DNA of 64,000 nucleotides from NCBI RefSeq assembly GCF_032444005.1, contig NC_091291.1, positions 144,150,001-144,214,000 of the forward strand. Direction: 5' to 3'. Under the pieces are notes generated by a model. That model ran no database searches and was not told the origin of the DNA. It worked only from the letters and a program-made list of their open reading frames with translations. Below, in pieces: positions 1-12,833 of this stretch. This DNA is from Ranitomeya imitator (Eukaryota). Within the stretch, counting starts at the first letter, position 1. Each line of letters begins with the position of its first letter. The translations under genes and the position numbers were made by a program.

Positions 1-1412
1 TGATTAACTCTTTAGATGCCAGGAGGCTCCTGTTATAGCGCTGCTCGCTGCTGATTAACTCTTTAGATGCCAGGAGGCTCCTGTTATAGCGCTGCTCGCT
101 GCTGATTAACTGTGTAGATGCCAGGAGGCTCCTGTTATAGCGCTGCTCGCTGCTGATTAACTCTTTAGATGCCAGGAGGCTCCTGTTATAGCGCTGCTCG
201 CTGCTGATTAACTCTTTAGATGCCAGGAGGCTCCTGTTATAGCGCTGCTCGCTGCTGATTAACTCTTTAGATGCCAGGAGGCTCCTGTTATAGCGCTGCT
301 CGCTGCTGATTAACTCTTTAGATGCCAGGAGGCTCCTGTTATAGCGCTGCTCGCTGCTGATTAACTCTTTAGATGCCAGGAGGCTCCTGTTATGGCGCTG
401 CTCGCTGCTTATTAACTCTTTAGATGCCAGGAGGCTCCTGTTATAGCGCTGCTCGCTGCTGATTAACTGTGTAGATGCCAGGAGGCTCCTGTTATAGCGC
501 TGCTCGCTGCTGATTAACTCTTTAGATGCCAGGAGGCTCCTGTTATAGCGCTGCTCGCTGCTGATTAACTCTTTAGATGCCAGGAGGCTCCTGTTATAGC
601 GCTGCTCGCTGCTGATTAACTCTTTAGATGCCAGGAGGCTCCTGTTATAGCGCTGCTCGCTGCTGATTAACTCTTTAGATGCCAGGAGGCTCCTGTTATA
701 GCGCTGCACCGCTCGCTGCTGATTAACTCTTTAGATGCCAGGAGGCTCCTGTTATAGCGCTGCTCGCTGCTGATTAACTCTTTAGATGCCAGGAGGCTCC
801 TGTTATAGCGCTGCTCGCTGCTGATTAACTCTTTAGATGCCAGGAGGCTCCTGTTATAGCGCTGCTCGCTGCTGATTAACTCTTTAGATGCCAGGAAGCT
901 CCTGTTATAGCGCTGCTCGCTGCTGATTAACTCTTTAGATGCCAGGAGGCTCCTGTTATAGCGCTGCTCGCTGCTGATTAACTCTTTAGATGCCAGGAGG
1001 CTCCTGTTATAGCGCTGCTCGCTGCTGATTAACTCTTTAGATGCCAGGAGGCTCCTGTTATAGCGCTGCTCGCTGCTGATTAACTCTTTAGATGCCAGGA
1101 GGCTCCTGTTATAGCGCTGCACCGCTCGCTGCTGATTAACTCTTTAGATGCCAGGAGGCTCCTGTTATAGCGCTGCTCGCTGCTGATTAACTCTTTAGAT
1201 GCCAGGAGGCTCCTGTTATAGCGCTGCTCGCTGCTGATTAACTCTTTAGATGCCAGGAGGCTCCTGTTATAGCGCTGCTCGCTGCTGATTAACTCTTTAG
1301 ATGCCAGGAAGCTCCTGTTATAGCGCTGCTCGCTGCTGATTAACTGTGTAGATGCCAGGAGGCTCCTGTTATAGCGCTGCACCGCTCGCTGCTGATTAAC
1401 TCTTTAGATGCC
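1..1412. repeat. 51-bp minisatellite, ~27 copies (runs off the left edge)
   Basis: Unit gctgattaactctttagatgccaggaggctcctgttatagcgctgctcgct, period 51 read directly; the ORFs at 667-1382 are its translation. Confidence 0.97.
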
Positions 1413-1712
1413 GCTGTCTCTAGTGGTTGGCGCAGATCACCGGTGACCCCATTCGCAGAGCTCGCACGACGTCCCCTCGCTCCAGGAGGCGCCTCATGTG
1501 GTGCGACGTTATTTTCTTTACCTTATGTCCAGTATTTTGTTGGCTGCAGAGGCACAGACCCCTCCACGGCGCCGATGTACTTGGGGGTCTTCATCCTGCC
1601 TCATCACTTTTCTGTCCTGGTTTTTCTGCTGATGATGGGGGGTGTGAATACTTATGTAAACTTGTACTTTGCTTTGCAGTAAGAACAATGGAAGGTAAAC
1701 AGATAAGCGGGG

Positions 1713-1865
1713 TGGGGGGTGATGGGTGTGTGGGGGGTGATGGGTGTGTGGGGGGTGATGGGTGTGTGGGGGGTGATGGGTGTGTGGGGGGTGATGGGTG
1801 TGTGGGGGGTGATGGGTGTGTGGGGGGTGATGGGTGTGTGGGGGGTGATGGGTGTGTGGGGGGTG
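1713..1865. repeat. 18-bp G-rich minisatellite, ~8 copies
   Basis: (gggggtgatgggtgtgtg)n read directly. Confidence 0.95.
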
Positions 1866-2921
1866 CCGCCTGTCGCTTTATGGCGCTGGGAAGCTGCTGT
1901 TTCCGTAGGAGGTAAATGATCTTCTAGATTCCTCTCCGCAGACCCGGGCGATTCACAGGCGTCTGGTGCCAGCGGACGAGCCGGGTTGCTCCAGAATGTG
2001 AGTGAGGGGAATCTCCGGCCTTAGGAGCCGACAATCTATACTGTGGGGGGGACACAAGAACCTGACGGCTCATCCATGCAGGACCCTGGGAAAGCAGGGT
2101 GACATCTCTGTGCTGTGATGTTGCCATGTGCAGGTATGAGGGCCGCTCCCTGTATCCCGCTCATATTGGGGTGTTGTGGGGGCTGTGTATTCAGCTGTCA
2201 CCTTCCGTGGGAACGACGAGGCCGCTGCTGCCCGATATTAGCACCATATTCTTATAGAAGTGGCGCATGGAGCCGCGACACTTCACTGATGCATTTGGCG
2301 CAGCTCGTGGCCGCTGCATTCACACCTCGCAGTCACCTCATGGATTTTGTTGTAAATTTAGCAACAATTTTTCCTCTAGTTTTGTAAACTTCACTGCAGA
2401 GAACGTATCGCAGCTGTGACTGCGCCGGGGAGGCGTCCGATCAGAAGTCGCAGGAACAGAAAGATCTCGGTGGCGTCGCTCCTACGTGACTGACAGTAAA
2501 GTTGTAGGAGAATTGGGGTCAGAAATCCGCCAGGCTCCGCTTCCTCGTGACGCCGCGGTGGACAATGTGCCGCCATTCTCGTCTCGTCACTGTAGGCTCC
2601 TGGGGCCGTTCACACCTTCCGGTCAGGATGAGGTTTGTGTCTTGGGACATTTCTGTGTTCTCCAGCTCAATTTATCCCAAACCTGCGACTCGTGAAACGT
2701 GACGACCGCAGCGTGTGAACGCGTCCTCCATGTTACTCTGGGGCAGTTATGGTGCCGGGCGGCTCCTTCATGGGGGAGGACACAGCTGTGAGGAGCAGAG
2801 CACAGGCTGCGGGAACTGTCCCCTCCCCCGGTCCACGGGCTCCACTTACGTCACTGTCCCAGATAAACCTGAGCGGTGACTCGTCGGGCAGGACACAACC
2901 TGAGCGCAGACACAGCTGCCG

Positions 2922-5900
2922 GGACGCCACATCCCGAGTCCTGACCCGAGGAGCCTGCCGCAGAGCCCAGGACGCCACATCCCGAGTCCTGACCCGAGGA
3001 GCCTGCCGCAGAGCCCAGGACGCCACATCCCGAGTCCTGACCCGAGGAGCCTGCCGCAGAGCCCAGGAGGCCACATCCCGAGTCCTGACCCGAGGAGCCT
3101 GCCACAGAGCCCAGGACGCCACATCCCGAGTCCTGACCGGAGGAGCCTGCCACAGAGCCCAGGACGCCACATCCCGAGTCCTGACCGGAGGAGCCTGCCA
3201 CAGAGCCCAGGACGCCACATCCCGAGTCCTGACCGGAGGAGCCTGCCGCAGAGCCCAGGACGCCACATCCTGAGTCCTGACCGGAGGAGCCTGCCGCAGA
3301 GCCCAGGACGCCACATCCCGAGTCCTGACCGGAGGAGCCTGCCGCAGAGCCCAGGACGCCACATCCCGAGTCCTGACCGGAGGAGCCTGCCGCAGAGCCC
3401 AGGACGCCACATCCCGAGTCCTGACCGGAGGAGCCTGCCGCAGAGCCCAGGACGCCACATCCCGAGTCCTGACCCGAGGAGCCTGCCGCAGAGCCCAGGA
3501 GGCCACATCCCGAGTCCTGACCGGAGGAGCCTGCCGCAGAGCCCAGGACGCCACATCCCGAGTCCTGACCCGAGGAGCCTGCCGCAGAGCCCAGGAGGCC
3601 ACATCCCGAGTCCTGACCGGAGGAGCCTGCCGCAGAGCCCAGGAGGCCACATCCCGAGTCCTGACCCGAGGAGCCTGCCGCAGAGCCCAGGACGCCACAT
3701 CCCGAGTCCTGACCGGAGGAGCCTGCCGCAGAGCCCAGGACGCCACATCCCGAGTCCTGACCCGAGGAGCCTGCCGCAGAGCCCAGGACGCCACATCCCG
3801 AGTCCTGACCGGAGGAGCCTGCCGCAGAGCCCAGGACGCCACATCCCGAGTCCTGACCCGAGGAGCCTGCCGCAGAGCCCAGGACGCCACATCCCGAGTC
3901 CTAATACAATTATTAGGTTCTGTAGAAGGAAGTAGATCTGGGTATTTATTATGATGGAATATAGGCTGAACTGGATGGACAAATGTCTTTTTTCGGCCTT
4001 ACTAACTATGTTACTATGTTACTATTACTAACTATGAGTCCTGACCGGAGGAGCCTGCCGCAGAGCCCAGGACGCCACATCCCGAGTCCTGACCGGAGGA
4101 GCCTGCCGCAGAGCCCAGGAGGCCACATCCCGAGTCCTGACCGGAGGAGCCTGCCGCAGAGCCCAGGAGGCCACATCCCGAGTCCTGACCCGAGGAGCCT
4201 GCCGCAGAGCCCAGGAGGCCACATCCCGAGTCCTGACCGGAGGAGCCTGCCGCAGAGCCCAGGACGCCACATCCCGAGTCCTGACCCGAGGAGCCTGCCG
4301 CAGAGCCCAGGACGCCACATCCCGAGTCCTGACCCGAGGAGCCTGCCGCAGAGCCCAGGACGCCACATCCCGAGTCCTGACCGGAGGAGCCTGCCGCAGA
4401 GCCCAGGACGCCACATCCCGAGTCCTGACCCGAGGAGCCTGCCGCAGAGCCCAGGACGCCACATCCCGAGTCCTGACCGGAGGAGCCTGCCGCAGAGCCC
4501 AGGACGCCACATCCTGAGTCCTGACCGGAGGAGCCTGCCGCAGAGCCCAGGAGGCCACATCCCGAGTCCTGACCCGAGGAGCCTGCCGCAGAGCCCAGGA
4601 CGCCACATCCCGAGTCCTGACCGGAGGAGCCTGCCGCAGAGCCCAGGACGCCACATCCCGAGTCCTGACCGGAGGAGCCTGCCGCAGAGCCCAGGACGCC
4701 ACATCCCGAGTCCTGACCGGAGGAGCCTGCCGCAGAGCCCAGGAAGCCACATTCCGAGTCCTGACCCGAGGAGCCTGCCGCAGAGCCCAGGAGGCCACAT
4801 CCCGAGTCCTGACCCGAGGAGCCTGCCGCAGAGCCCAGGACGCCACATCCCGAGTCCTGACCGGAGGAGCCTGCCGCAGAGCCCAGGACGCCACATCCCG
4901 AGTCCTGACCGGAGGAGCCTGCCGCAGAGCCCAGGACGCCACATCCTGAGTCCTGACCGGAGGAGCCTGCCGCAGAGCCCAGGACGCCACATCCTGAGTC
5001 CTGACCGGAGGAGCCTGCCGCAGAGCCCAGGAGGCCACATCCCGAGTCCTGACCCGAGGAGCCTGCCGCAGAGCCCAGGACGCCACATCCCGAGTCCTGA
5101 CCGGAGGAGCCTGCCGCAGAGCCCAGGACGCCACATCCCGAGTCCTGACCGGAGGAGCCTGCCGCAGAGCCCAGGACGCCACATCCCGAGTCCTGACCGG
5201 AGGAGCCTGCCGCAGAGCCCAGGAAGCCACATTCCGAGTCCTGACCCGAGGAGCCTGCCGCAGAGCCCAGGACGCCACATCCCGAGTCCTGACCGGAGGA
5301 GCCTGCCGCAGAGCCCAGGAGGCCACATCCCGAGTCCTGACCGGAGGAGCCTGCCGCAGAGCCCAGGAGGCCACATCCCGAGTCCTGACCGGAGGAGCCT
5401 GCCGCAGAGCCCAGGAGGCCACATCCCGAGTCCTGACCCGAGGAGCCTGCCGCAGAGCCCAGGACGCCACATCCCGAGTCCTGACCGGAGGAGCCAGCCG
5501 CAGAGCCCAGGACGCCACATCCCGAGTCCTGACCGGAGGAGCCTGCCGCAGAGCCCAGGACGCCACATCCCGAGTCCTGACCGGAGGAGCCTGCCGCAGA
5601 GCCCAGGAAGCCACATTCCGAGTCCTGACCCGAGGAGCCTGCCGCAGAGCCCAGGACGCCACATCCCGAGTCCTGACCGGAGGAGCCTGCCGCAGAGCCC
5701 AGGACGCCACATCCCGAGTCCTGACCGGAGGAGCCTGCCGCAGAGCCCAGGACGCCACATCCCGAGTCCTGACCGGAGGAGCCTGCCGCAGAGCCCAGGA
5801 GGCCACATCCCGAGTCCTGACCGGAGGAGCCTGCCGCAGAGCCCAGGAGGCCACATCCCGAGTCCTGACCCGAGGAGCCTGCCGCAGAGCCCAGGACGCC

Positions 5901-6334
5901 ACATCCCGAGTCCTGACCCGAGGAGCCTGCCGCAGAGCCCAGGACGCCACATCCCGAGTCCTGACCGGAGGAGCCTGCCGCAGAGCCCAGGACGCCACAT
6001 CCCGAGTCCTGACCGGAGGAGCCTGCCGCAGAGCCCAGGACGCCACATCCCGAGTCCTGACCGGAGGAGCCTGCCGCAGAGCCCAGGAAGCCACATTCCG
6101 AGTCCTGACCCGAGGAGCCTGCCGCAGAGCCCAGGACGCCACATCCCGAGTCCTGACCGGAGGAGCCTGCCGCAGAGCCCAGGACGCCACATCCCGAGTC
6201 CTGACCGGAGGAGCCTGCCGCAGAGCCCAGGACGCCACATCCCGAGTCCTGACCGGAGGAGCCTGCCGCAGAGCCCAGGACGCCACATCCCGAGTCCTGA
6301 CCCGAGGAGCCTGCCGCAGAGCCCAGGACGCCAC
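2922..6334. repeat. 48-bp GC-rich minisatellite, ~68 copies, interrupted at 3903-4035
   Basis: Unit cccgagtcctgaccggaggagcctgccgcagagcccaggacgccacat; gives the 16-aa periodic ORFs on both strands. Confidence 0.97.
3903..4035 (+). mobile_element. 5'-truncated CR1-like LINE 3' end with 7-bp TSD
   Basis: 133-bp AT-rich insert flanked by GAGTCCT at 3896-3902 and 4036-4042. It ends ...taggctgaactggatggacaaatgtcttttttcggccttactaactatg(ttactatg)n, matching my recollection of frog CR1 3' termini with (ACTATGT)-type tails. Confidence 0.75.
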
Positions 6335-6608
6335 TCTTCTCACGTACGTCATTAGATTGGCATCTCTCCTGCCACGTCTGTGATAATGAGGGGCATTTTA
6401 TTATTCTCACCTGTATTAGATTGTGCCACAGTCCATGTGATGGAGGGCGGCTCTATTATTGGGGACAGTCAGGGCTGCATTAGATTGTCAGCTCTTCTTA
6501 AACAGGCCGGACGTTCGCGTGTGACGGGTTTCCCTGACACTGTAATCCCTGATTCTCAGCTAACAATACTTGGAGCATGGGGTTTTTGTGTGCGGTAATT
6601 CAGAGCTG

Positions 6609-7431
6609 CGCCCACCATCCGCCCCTGCGCCCGCCATCCGCCCCTGCGTCCGCCATCCGCCCCTGCGCCCGCCATCTGCCCTTGCGCCCGCCATCCGCCC
6701 TTGCGCCCGCCATCCGCCCCTGCGTCCGCCGTCCGCCCCTGCGTCCGCCGTCCGCCCCTGCGTCCGCCGTCCACCCCTGCGTCCGCCCTTGCGTCCGCCG
6801 TCCGCCCCTGCGTCCGCCATCCGCCCCTGCGTCCGCCGTCCGCCCCTGCGTCCGCCGTCCACCCCTGCGTCCGCCCTTGCGTCCGCCGTCCGCCCCTGCG
6901 TCCGCCATCCGCCCCTGCGTCCGCCGTCCGCCCCTGCGTCCCCCATCCGCCCCTGCGTCCCCCATCCGCCCCTGTGTCCCCCATCCGCCCCTGCGTCCGC
7001 CATCCGCCCCTGTGTCCCCCATCCGCCCCTGCGTCCGCCATCCGCCCCTGCGCCCGCCATCCGCCCTTGCGCCCCATCCGCCCTTGCGCCCGCCGTCCGC
7101 CCCTGCGTCCGCCCCTGCGTCCGCCGTCCGCCCCTGCGTCCGCCGTCCGCCCCTGCGTCCGCCGTCCGCCCCTGTGTCTGCCCTTGCGTCCGCCGTCCGC
7201 CCCTGCGTCCGCCATCCGCCCCTGCGTCCCCCATCCGCCCCTGCGCCCGCCATCCGCCCCTGCGCCCGCCATCCGCCCCTGCGTCCGCCATCCGCCCCTG
7301 CGTCCGCCATCCGCCCCTGCGTCCCCCATCCGCCCCTGCGTCCCCCATCCGCCCCTGCGCCCGCCATCCGCCCCTGCGCCCGCCATCCGCCCCTGCGCCC
7401 GCCATCCGCCCCTGCGCCCGCCATCCGCCGC
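6609..7431. repeat. CpG-rich degenerate 12/18/30-bp tandem repeat
   Basis: Variants of ccgccatccgcccctgcg. Confidence 0.95.
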
Positions 7432-8036
7432 ACCCTGAGAGTCTCTGATAGACATTGACCCTGATTCATTGTCGCTTTTCTCCCATTTTCCAGAGTTTTC
7501 ATTTTGGGTCTTTTTTTGGCAACTTTGAGCTAAAAAATCACAATAACCAGTTAAAGAAAAGTGATTGACTTTGAGCCGTAATGAAGAACTTGGTGAAACA
7601 TCAGCGAACGTCACAAATGATCCATCGGCATCCGTCCGCTGTGTTTTCCTTCTTTCCTGGTTTCAGGATCTCTGCTTGCTGTCAGCGGTTCAGCCCGATG
7701 TCCTACCTCACAGCTGAAGGTTTGTTGCTCTTGTTTCCAGTCTGAGCTAAACATCAGCAGCACAAATGTCTCTGGCCTGAAGGTTCGTTCCAATGTGTCA
7801 GTAGGAGTTTGGGCTGTGCAGCTCGCAGAGGATTGTCCACACTGGATACAACTGTAACAGCCCCTCAGCTGTGAGAAGTCAGGTTCAGTCTCTGAGGCTG
7901 AATGTAAATAAGAATTTCACATTCACTGACAGCAAGCGGAGATCCTGCAAATAGTGAAGAATTGTAAGACGTGGGGAAGACTTGTTTGGTGAGAGCCCCT
8001 GTAACCTGAGCCTGGCTCACCCAGCGATGTTGCTGG

Positions 8037-8056
8037 GCATGCTGGGAGTTGTAGTC
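8037..8056 (-). promoter_or_regulatory. ZNF143/Staf (SBS)-like motif
   Basis: Minus strand GACTACAACTCCCAGCATGC fits the ACTACAnnTCCCAGCATGC consensus and lies next to CpG-rich 8100-8250. The same string also occurs inside frog repeats, so function is unproven. Confidence 0.35.
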
Positions 8057-8351
8057 CTGCAGATGTGGGGTCTGAGCTGCTGCTGTTCTTGTCCTTGCAG
8101 GGTCCTGATGATCTGAGCGCTGGCACCGTCCGGACGTGACCGGCCCAGAAAGGTGAACACGGCGCTGCGGGAGGAATGTCACTAATGTGCCCGGATCCCG
8201 CCGGCGCTGCCATGGTGACGGCTGCCCTTCTCGCCAATCACTGCTGTCTTGGGAAACAATCACTTTCTTGGCACAAAGACTTTTTTTTTTTTGCATTTTT
8301 TTAATTTCCAGTTTGTAGAGGTCAGCGGTGCGGCGGCTGCACAGAGCGCTC

Positions 8352-8655
8352 TCCTCCGGCCTCCCCTCCGGCCTCCCCTCCCCTCCGGCCTCCCCTCCGG
8401 CCTCTCCTCCGGCCTCCCCTCCCCTCCGGCCTCTCCTCCGGCCTCTCCTCCGGCCTCTCCTCCGGCCTCCCCTCCCCTCCGGCCTCCCCTCCGGCCTCCC
8501 CTCCGGCCTCCCCTCCCCTCCGGCCTCCCCTCCGGCCTCTCCTCCGGCCTCCCCTCCGGCCTCTCCTCCGGCCTCTCCTCCGGCCTCCCCTCCGGCCTCC
8601 CCTCCGGCCTCTCCTCCGGCCTCCCCTCCGGCCTCTCCTCCGGCCTCTCCTCCGG
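8352..8655. repeat. 12-bp pyrimidine-rich repeat (ctccggcctccc/t)n
   Basis: Read directly. Confidence 0.93.
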
Positions 8656-8679
8656 TTTCGCGCTTTTTTTAATGCTAAT

Positions 8680-10040
8680 TTTCAGCTGCGTTTTTCCAGC
8701 AAAGTCTATGACATTTCTGAAATCTCAGCGCTTGGTTTTCTCATCAGGATTTTGTGCTCTGCCTGGCTATCTGCACAATGGCGCAGGTCACTGTGGCCTC
8801 CAGGGTTTTTTTCTGCATTTTTCACCCATTGAAATTAATGGGTGGTGAAAACAACGCTGAAAAAAAACTGCACCATATAAATGCAGGTATTGGGTTTTTC
8901 TGCAGTTTTTGTGCCAAAGCCGGATTCTATAGAATAGAACTTTTCTTCCAGCACTAAACATTATCAGCATGCACAAGAGACACGTAGCATGGCGAAACCG
9001 CAGCAAAAAATGCAAGGAGAACAGGCTTTTTTTTCTGCACCTTTTTTCCTGCCAAGAGATCAGGTTTTGCTGCAGAAAAATAACGCTGAACAAAGCCTAG
9101 TGTGAACTTACTCCAGGTACGCAGCTTACAAAAATCAGCAGGTTTTGGAGTTTTTTTTGCTGTCTCTTGTGCATGCTGATAAAGTTTAGTGCCCCCCAAA
9201 AAAGCCTGATTTACCTTCCGTAGGTTACGAGCCAACGATCAGGAATAGCTGCGCTGTGGAGGCAGCACATGTCCACTGAACCCGCGGATTCACCGCGTCC
9301 AATACATTCTATGGGAGAAATAGACCCACCATCTGTCTGTGTCCGCGGGCGATCTGCCGGCGTCTGTGCACACATAGTGGACGTGGGACTCTAGAACTCC
9401 CCCCGCGGTGCTGTAACATTCTGTACGCTGCTTCATAAACACGCGGTGTCAGACCCGCAGCAGTTCTTCATCGTGGGCACATCCCTTAGGGTATGGCACC
9501 GGTCAGGAATAGCATGTTCGCTGCGCTCTAATCACACAGGTAAATCCGCATGTGATCACTGTGTTGGATGCATGCGGTTCAGTCCATTGTGGAAGATTCT
9601 GTTGTGGAGACGAACGTGTCGGCTGCAGATAATTGACATGCTGCGGCTCGTAATCCCGCAGCGCGGGGAGGGTACGCAGCGTTACATAGAAGCGCAGTGG
9701 TTAGGAGATTCCTATAAATCCACTGTGCTTGTATCCCAGAACAGAGGCGTCCAAACCACTGCTGCTCTGGATTGTGGACACGTACCTTTAGATTTTTGCA
9801 CCAAAAATTAAACAAAAACCGACATCTGCCTTTTTTGCTGTGTTTTTGCTGCGTTTTTGCGCTCATTGCTTTCTATTGGTGAAAAAATGCTGCAAATGCA
9901 ATGACAGAAGCGACAGGCTGCAGGTTGTAAAAATGAGTCGGACTGAGCAGGACATTTCTGAAATCCCATAACTTTTACCGGTCCTGTAAAACGCAGCTTA
10001 AAAATTGCATAAAAATGCAGCAAAAACTCTGCATGTGAAC
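8680..10040. mobile_element. Cluster of degenerate Harbinger-like MITEs
   Basis: Termini such as agggtatggcacc (9488) and gtggacacgtacct (9787), gtgggcacatccct (~9486), gtgtgaac/atgtgaac ends; internal motif aattgacatgctgcgg shared with the element at 33331-33666. Confidence 0.55.
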
Positions 10041-10049
10041 ATCGCCAAA

Positions 10050-10078
10050 CTCACATCCCGGCCGCCGTCTTGAGCGCG
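10050..10078 (+). other. fam118b: Candidate non-coding first exon of FAM118B (3' end defined by donor)
   Basis: CpG-rich gccgccgtcttgagcgcg followed by perfect donor GTGAGT at 10079; next acceptor at 11503 precedes the ATG exon. The start coordinate is a guess. Confidence 0.4.
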
Positions 10079-10180
10079 GTGAGTGCGGAGCCACGGACCC
10101 TAATGGAGGACTGGCGGAGCAGCACAGGGGGAGCTGGGGGCTAGGGGGTAATTAGGTTCCAGTCAAGAGGAAGCAGAGGA

Positions 10181-11390
10181 TGCGTGGGGCGGTGTATAGT
10201 GTGTGTGATGGATGTACGGGGTGCGTGGGGCGGTGTATAGTGTGTGTGATGGGTGTGTGGGGTGCGTGGGGAGGTGCATAGGGCGTGTGTGATGGTTGTA
10301 TGGGGTGCGTGGGATGGGTGTACAGGGTGCGTGGGGTGGTGTATAGTGTGTGTGATGGATGTACGGGGTGCGTGGGGCGGTGTATAGTGTGTGTGATGGA
10401 TGTACGGGGTGCGTGGGGTGGTGTATAGTGTGTGTGATGGATGTACGGGGTGCGTGGGGCGGTGTATAGTGTGTGTGATGGATGTATGGGGTGCGTGGGG
10501 CGGTGTATAGTGTGTGTGATGGATGTACGGGGTGCGTGGGGCGGTGTATAGTGTGTGTGTGGGGTGCGTGGGGAGGTGCATAGGGCGTGTGTGATGGTTG
10601 TATGGGGTGCGTGGGATGGGTGTACAGGGTGCGTGGGGTGGTGTATAGTGTGTGTGATGGATGTACGGGGTGTGTGGCATGGTGCATAGGGCGTGTGTGA
10701 TGGGTGTACGGGGTGTGGGGCGGTGTATACAGCGTGTGATGGATGTACGGGGTGCGTGGGGCGGTGTATAGGGCGTGTGTGATGTGTGTACGGGGTGCGT
10801 GGGGCGGTGTATAGTGTGTGTGTTGGGTGTACGGGGTGCGTGGGGCGGTGTATAGGGCGTGTGTGATGTGTGTACGGGGTGCGTGGGGCGGTGTATAGTG
10901 TGTGTGTTGGGTGTACGGGGTGCGTGGGGCGGTGTATAGTGTGTGAGATGGATGTACGGGGTGCGTGGGGCGGTGTATAGTGTGTGTGTTGGGTGTACGG
11001 GGTGCATGGGGCGGTGTATAGGGCGTGTGTGATGTGTGTACGGGGTGCGTGGGGCGGTGTATAGTGTGTGTGTTGGGTGTACGGGGTGCGTGGGGCGGTG
11101 TATAGGGCGTGTGTGATGTGTGTACGGGGTGCGTGGGGCGGTGTATAGTGTGTGAGATGGATGTACGGGGTGCGTGGGGCGGTGTATAGGGTGTGTGTGA
11201 TGGGTGCGTGGGGCGGTGTATAGGGCGTGTGTGGGTGCGTGGGGCGGTGTATACAGCGTGTGATGGATGTACGGGGTGCGTGGGGCGGTGTATAGGGTGG
11301 ATGTACGGGGTGCGTGGGGCGGTGTATAGGGCGTGTGTAATGGGTGTGTGGGGCGGTGTATACAGCGTGTGATGGGTGCGTGGGGCGGAC
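10181..11390. repeat. ~41-bp G-rich minisatellite
   Basis: Unit ~gtacggggtgcgtggggcggtgtatagtgtgtgtgatggat. Confidence 0.95.
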
Positions 11391-11506
11391 GTACGAGATG
11401 TGTGGGATGGTGTATATGGAGGTGGTGAGTGTGGACCCCGAGGCGGTAATGCCGGCGTTCTGCGCAGACCCTCGGAGGTGACGCTGCGTCTTCTCTCACA
11501 CAGTTG

Positions 11507-11583
11507 ATGGCTTCTGCGCTGCACCTGAAGTCGGAGCGGCTGATGCCCGTACCGGACGGCGTTCCTGCAGCCAAGAAGCCCAG
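11507..11583 (+). CDS. fam118b: FAM118B coding exon 1 (MASALHLKSERLMPVPDGVPAAKKPR)
   Basis: Acceptor cacacag at 11503, ATG 11507, donor gtaaga at 11584. Phase 2 joins 14325 to give KKPR|KLLPSLKTK, as in human [16 protein letters not shown]. Confidence 0.85.
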
Positions 11584-11874
11584 GTAAGAGGCCGCTCGTC
11601 ATCCAGACCGCAGGGCGCACACTATGGCTGCGACCTCCTGCACCAGTGGAGGCAGAATGAAGACTTCATCAAGGTTGTGGAAAGTCCCCCGATATGTATC
11701 GTAGTGTATTCTCCTGTGGGGTCTTCGTGCATCGCAGCGCAAACCGAGGTGGGAGAAGGGGATAGGGGCACAAAGTAACAGGGTGCAGGTAACGGCATGC
11801 CCAGCTCTCACCTGCACTGAGGGCAGCTCAGGGTTAATAGGCACTGTAGGGCTGCACTGTTCTGTGCACTATAA

Positions 11875-12445
11875 GGCAGCATTATTAGCACGCATTGTGA
11901 TGGTATATCACATCAGAACTATATGGCAGTATTATTGGGGATCAGTATGGTCATTTATCACATCAGAACTATATGGCAGTATTATTGGGGATCAGTATGG
12001 TTATTTATCACATCAGCATTATATGGCAGTATTATTGGGGCTCAGTAAGGTGATGTATCACATCAGAACTATATGGCAGTATTATTTGGGCTTAGTACGG
12101 TGATGAATCGTGTCAGCACTATAGAGCAGTATTTTTGGGGCTCAGTACTGTGGTATATCACGTTAGCAGTATATGGCAGTATTACTAGGGAACAGTATGG
12201 TTATTTATCACGTCAGCACTATAGAGCAGTATTTTTGGGGCTCAGTACTGTGGTATATCACGTTAGCAGTATATGGCAGTATTACTAGGGAACAGTATGG
12301 TTATTTATCACGTCAGCACTATAGAGCAGTATTTTTGGGGCTCAGTACTGTGGTATATCACGTTAGCAGTATATGGCAGTATTACTAGGGAACAGTATGG
12401 TTATTTATCACGTCAGCACTATAGAGCAGTATTTTTGAGGTACTC
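11875..12445. repeat. ~50-bp minisatellite with 100-bp dimeric higher-order unit
   Basis: cacgtcagcactatagagcagtatttttgggg / cacgttagcagtatatggcagtattactaggg alternate; ORFs spaced exactly 100 bp. Confidence 0.9.
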
Positions 12446-12833
12446 TGGTGATGGTATATCACATCAACCCAGTATGGCGCAGCCTTATCGCCCCCAAATC
12501 TCAGGAGTTCACACACAGACTCGTTACTCAGATCAGAGGCCCAGATAATAACTTTTGCTGCACCCCTGAATTCGGAGACCCCCTATAATAACCTTTACTC
12601 AGTGAATATTAACCCCTCCAGCCCCACAACTCGACACTGAATGCGACTCCAGCGAGCAGTGACATAATCTATCGCTCCGGACGATAATCCCTGCCCCCGC
12701 TCCTACCCCACAGTCCCTGCCAAATCCTACAAGGCAGACCCCTGCCGATACCAACCCCTGACCCTAGAAAAACCCGGCTTAATTAGAGGAATCGGACCCC
12801 CGCCTGTATCGACCCTTGAATCCTAAACAAACC

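Noticed and set aside
8021-8213. Minus-strand ORF starting MAAPAGSG as RPUSD4 exon 1
   Set aside because: Only MAAP matches; the conserved AQRLAEKLR-like segment and all pseudouridine-synthase exons were not found.
11779-12568. hAT-like ends cagggtgcag / ctgcacccctg around the 100-bp array
   Set aside because: No 8-bp TSD (caaagtaa vs aattcgga).
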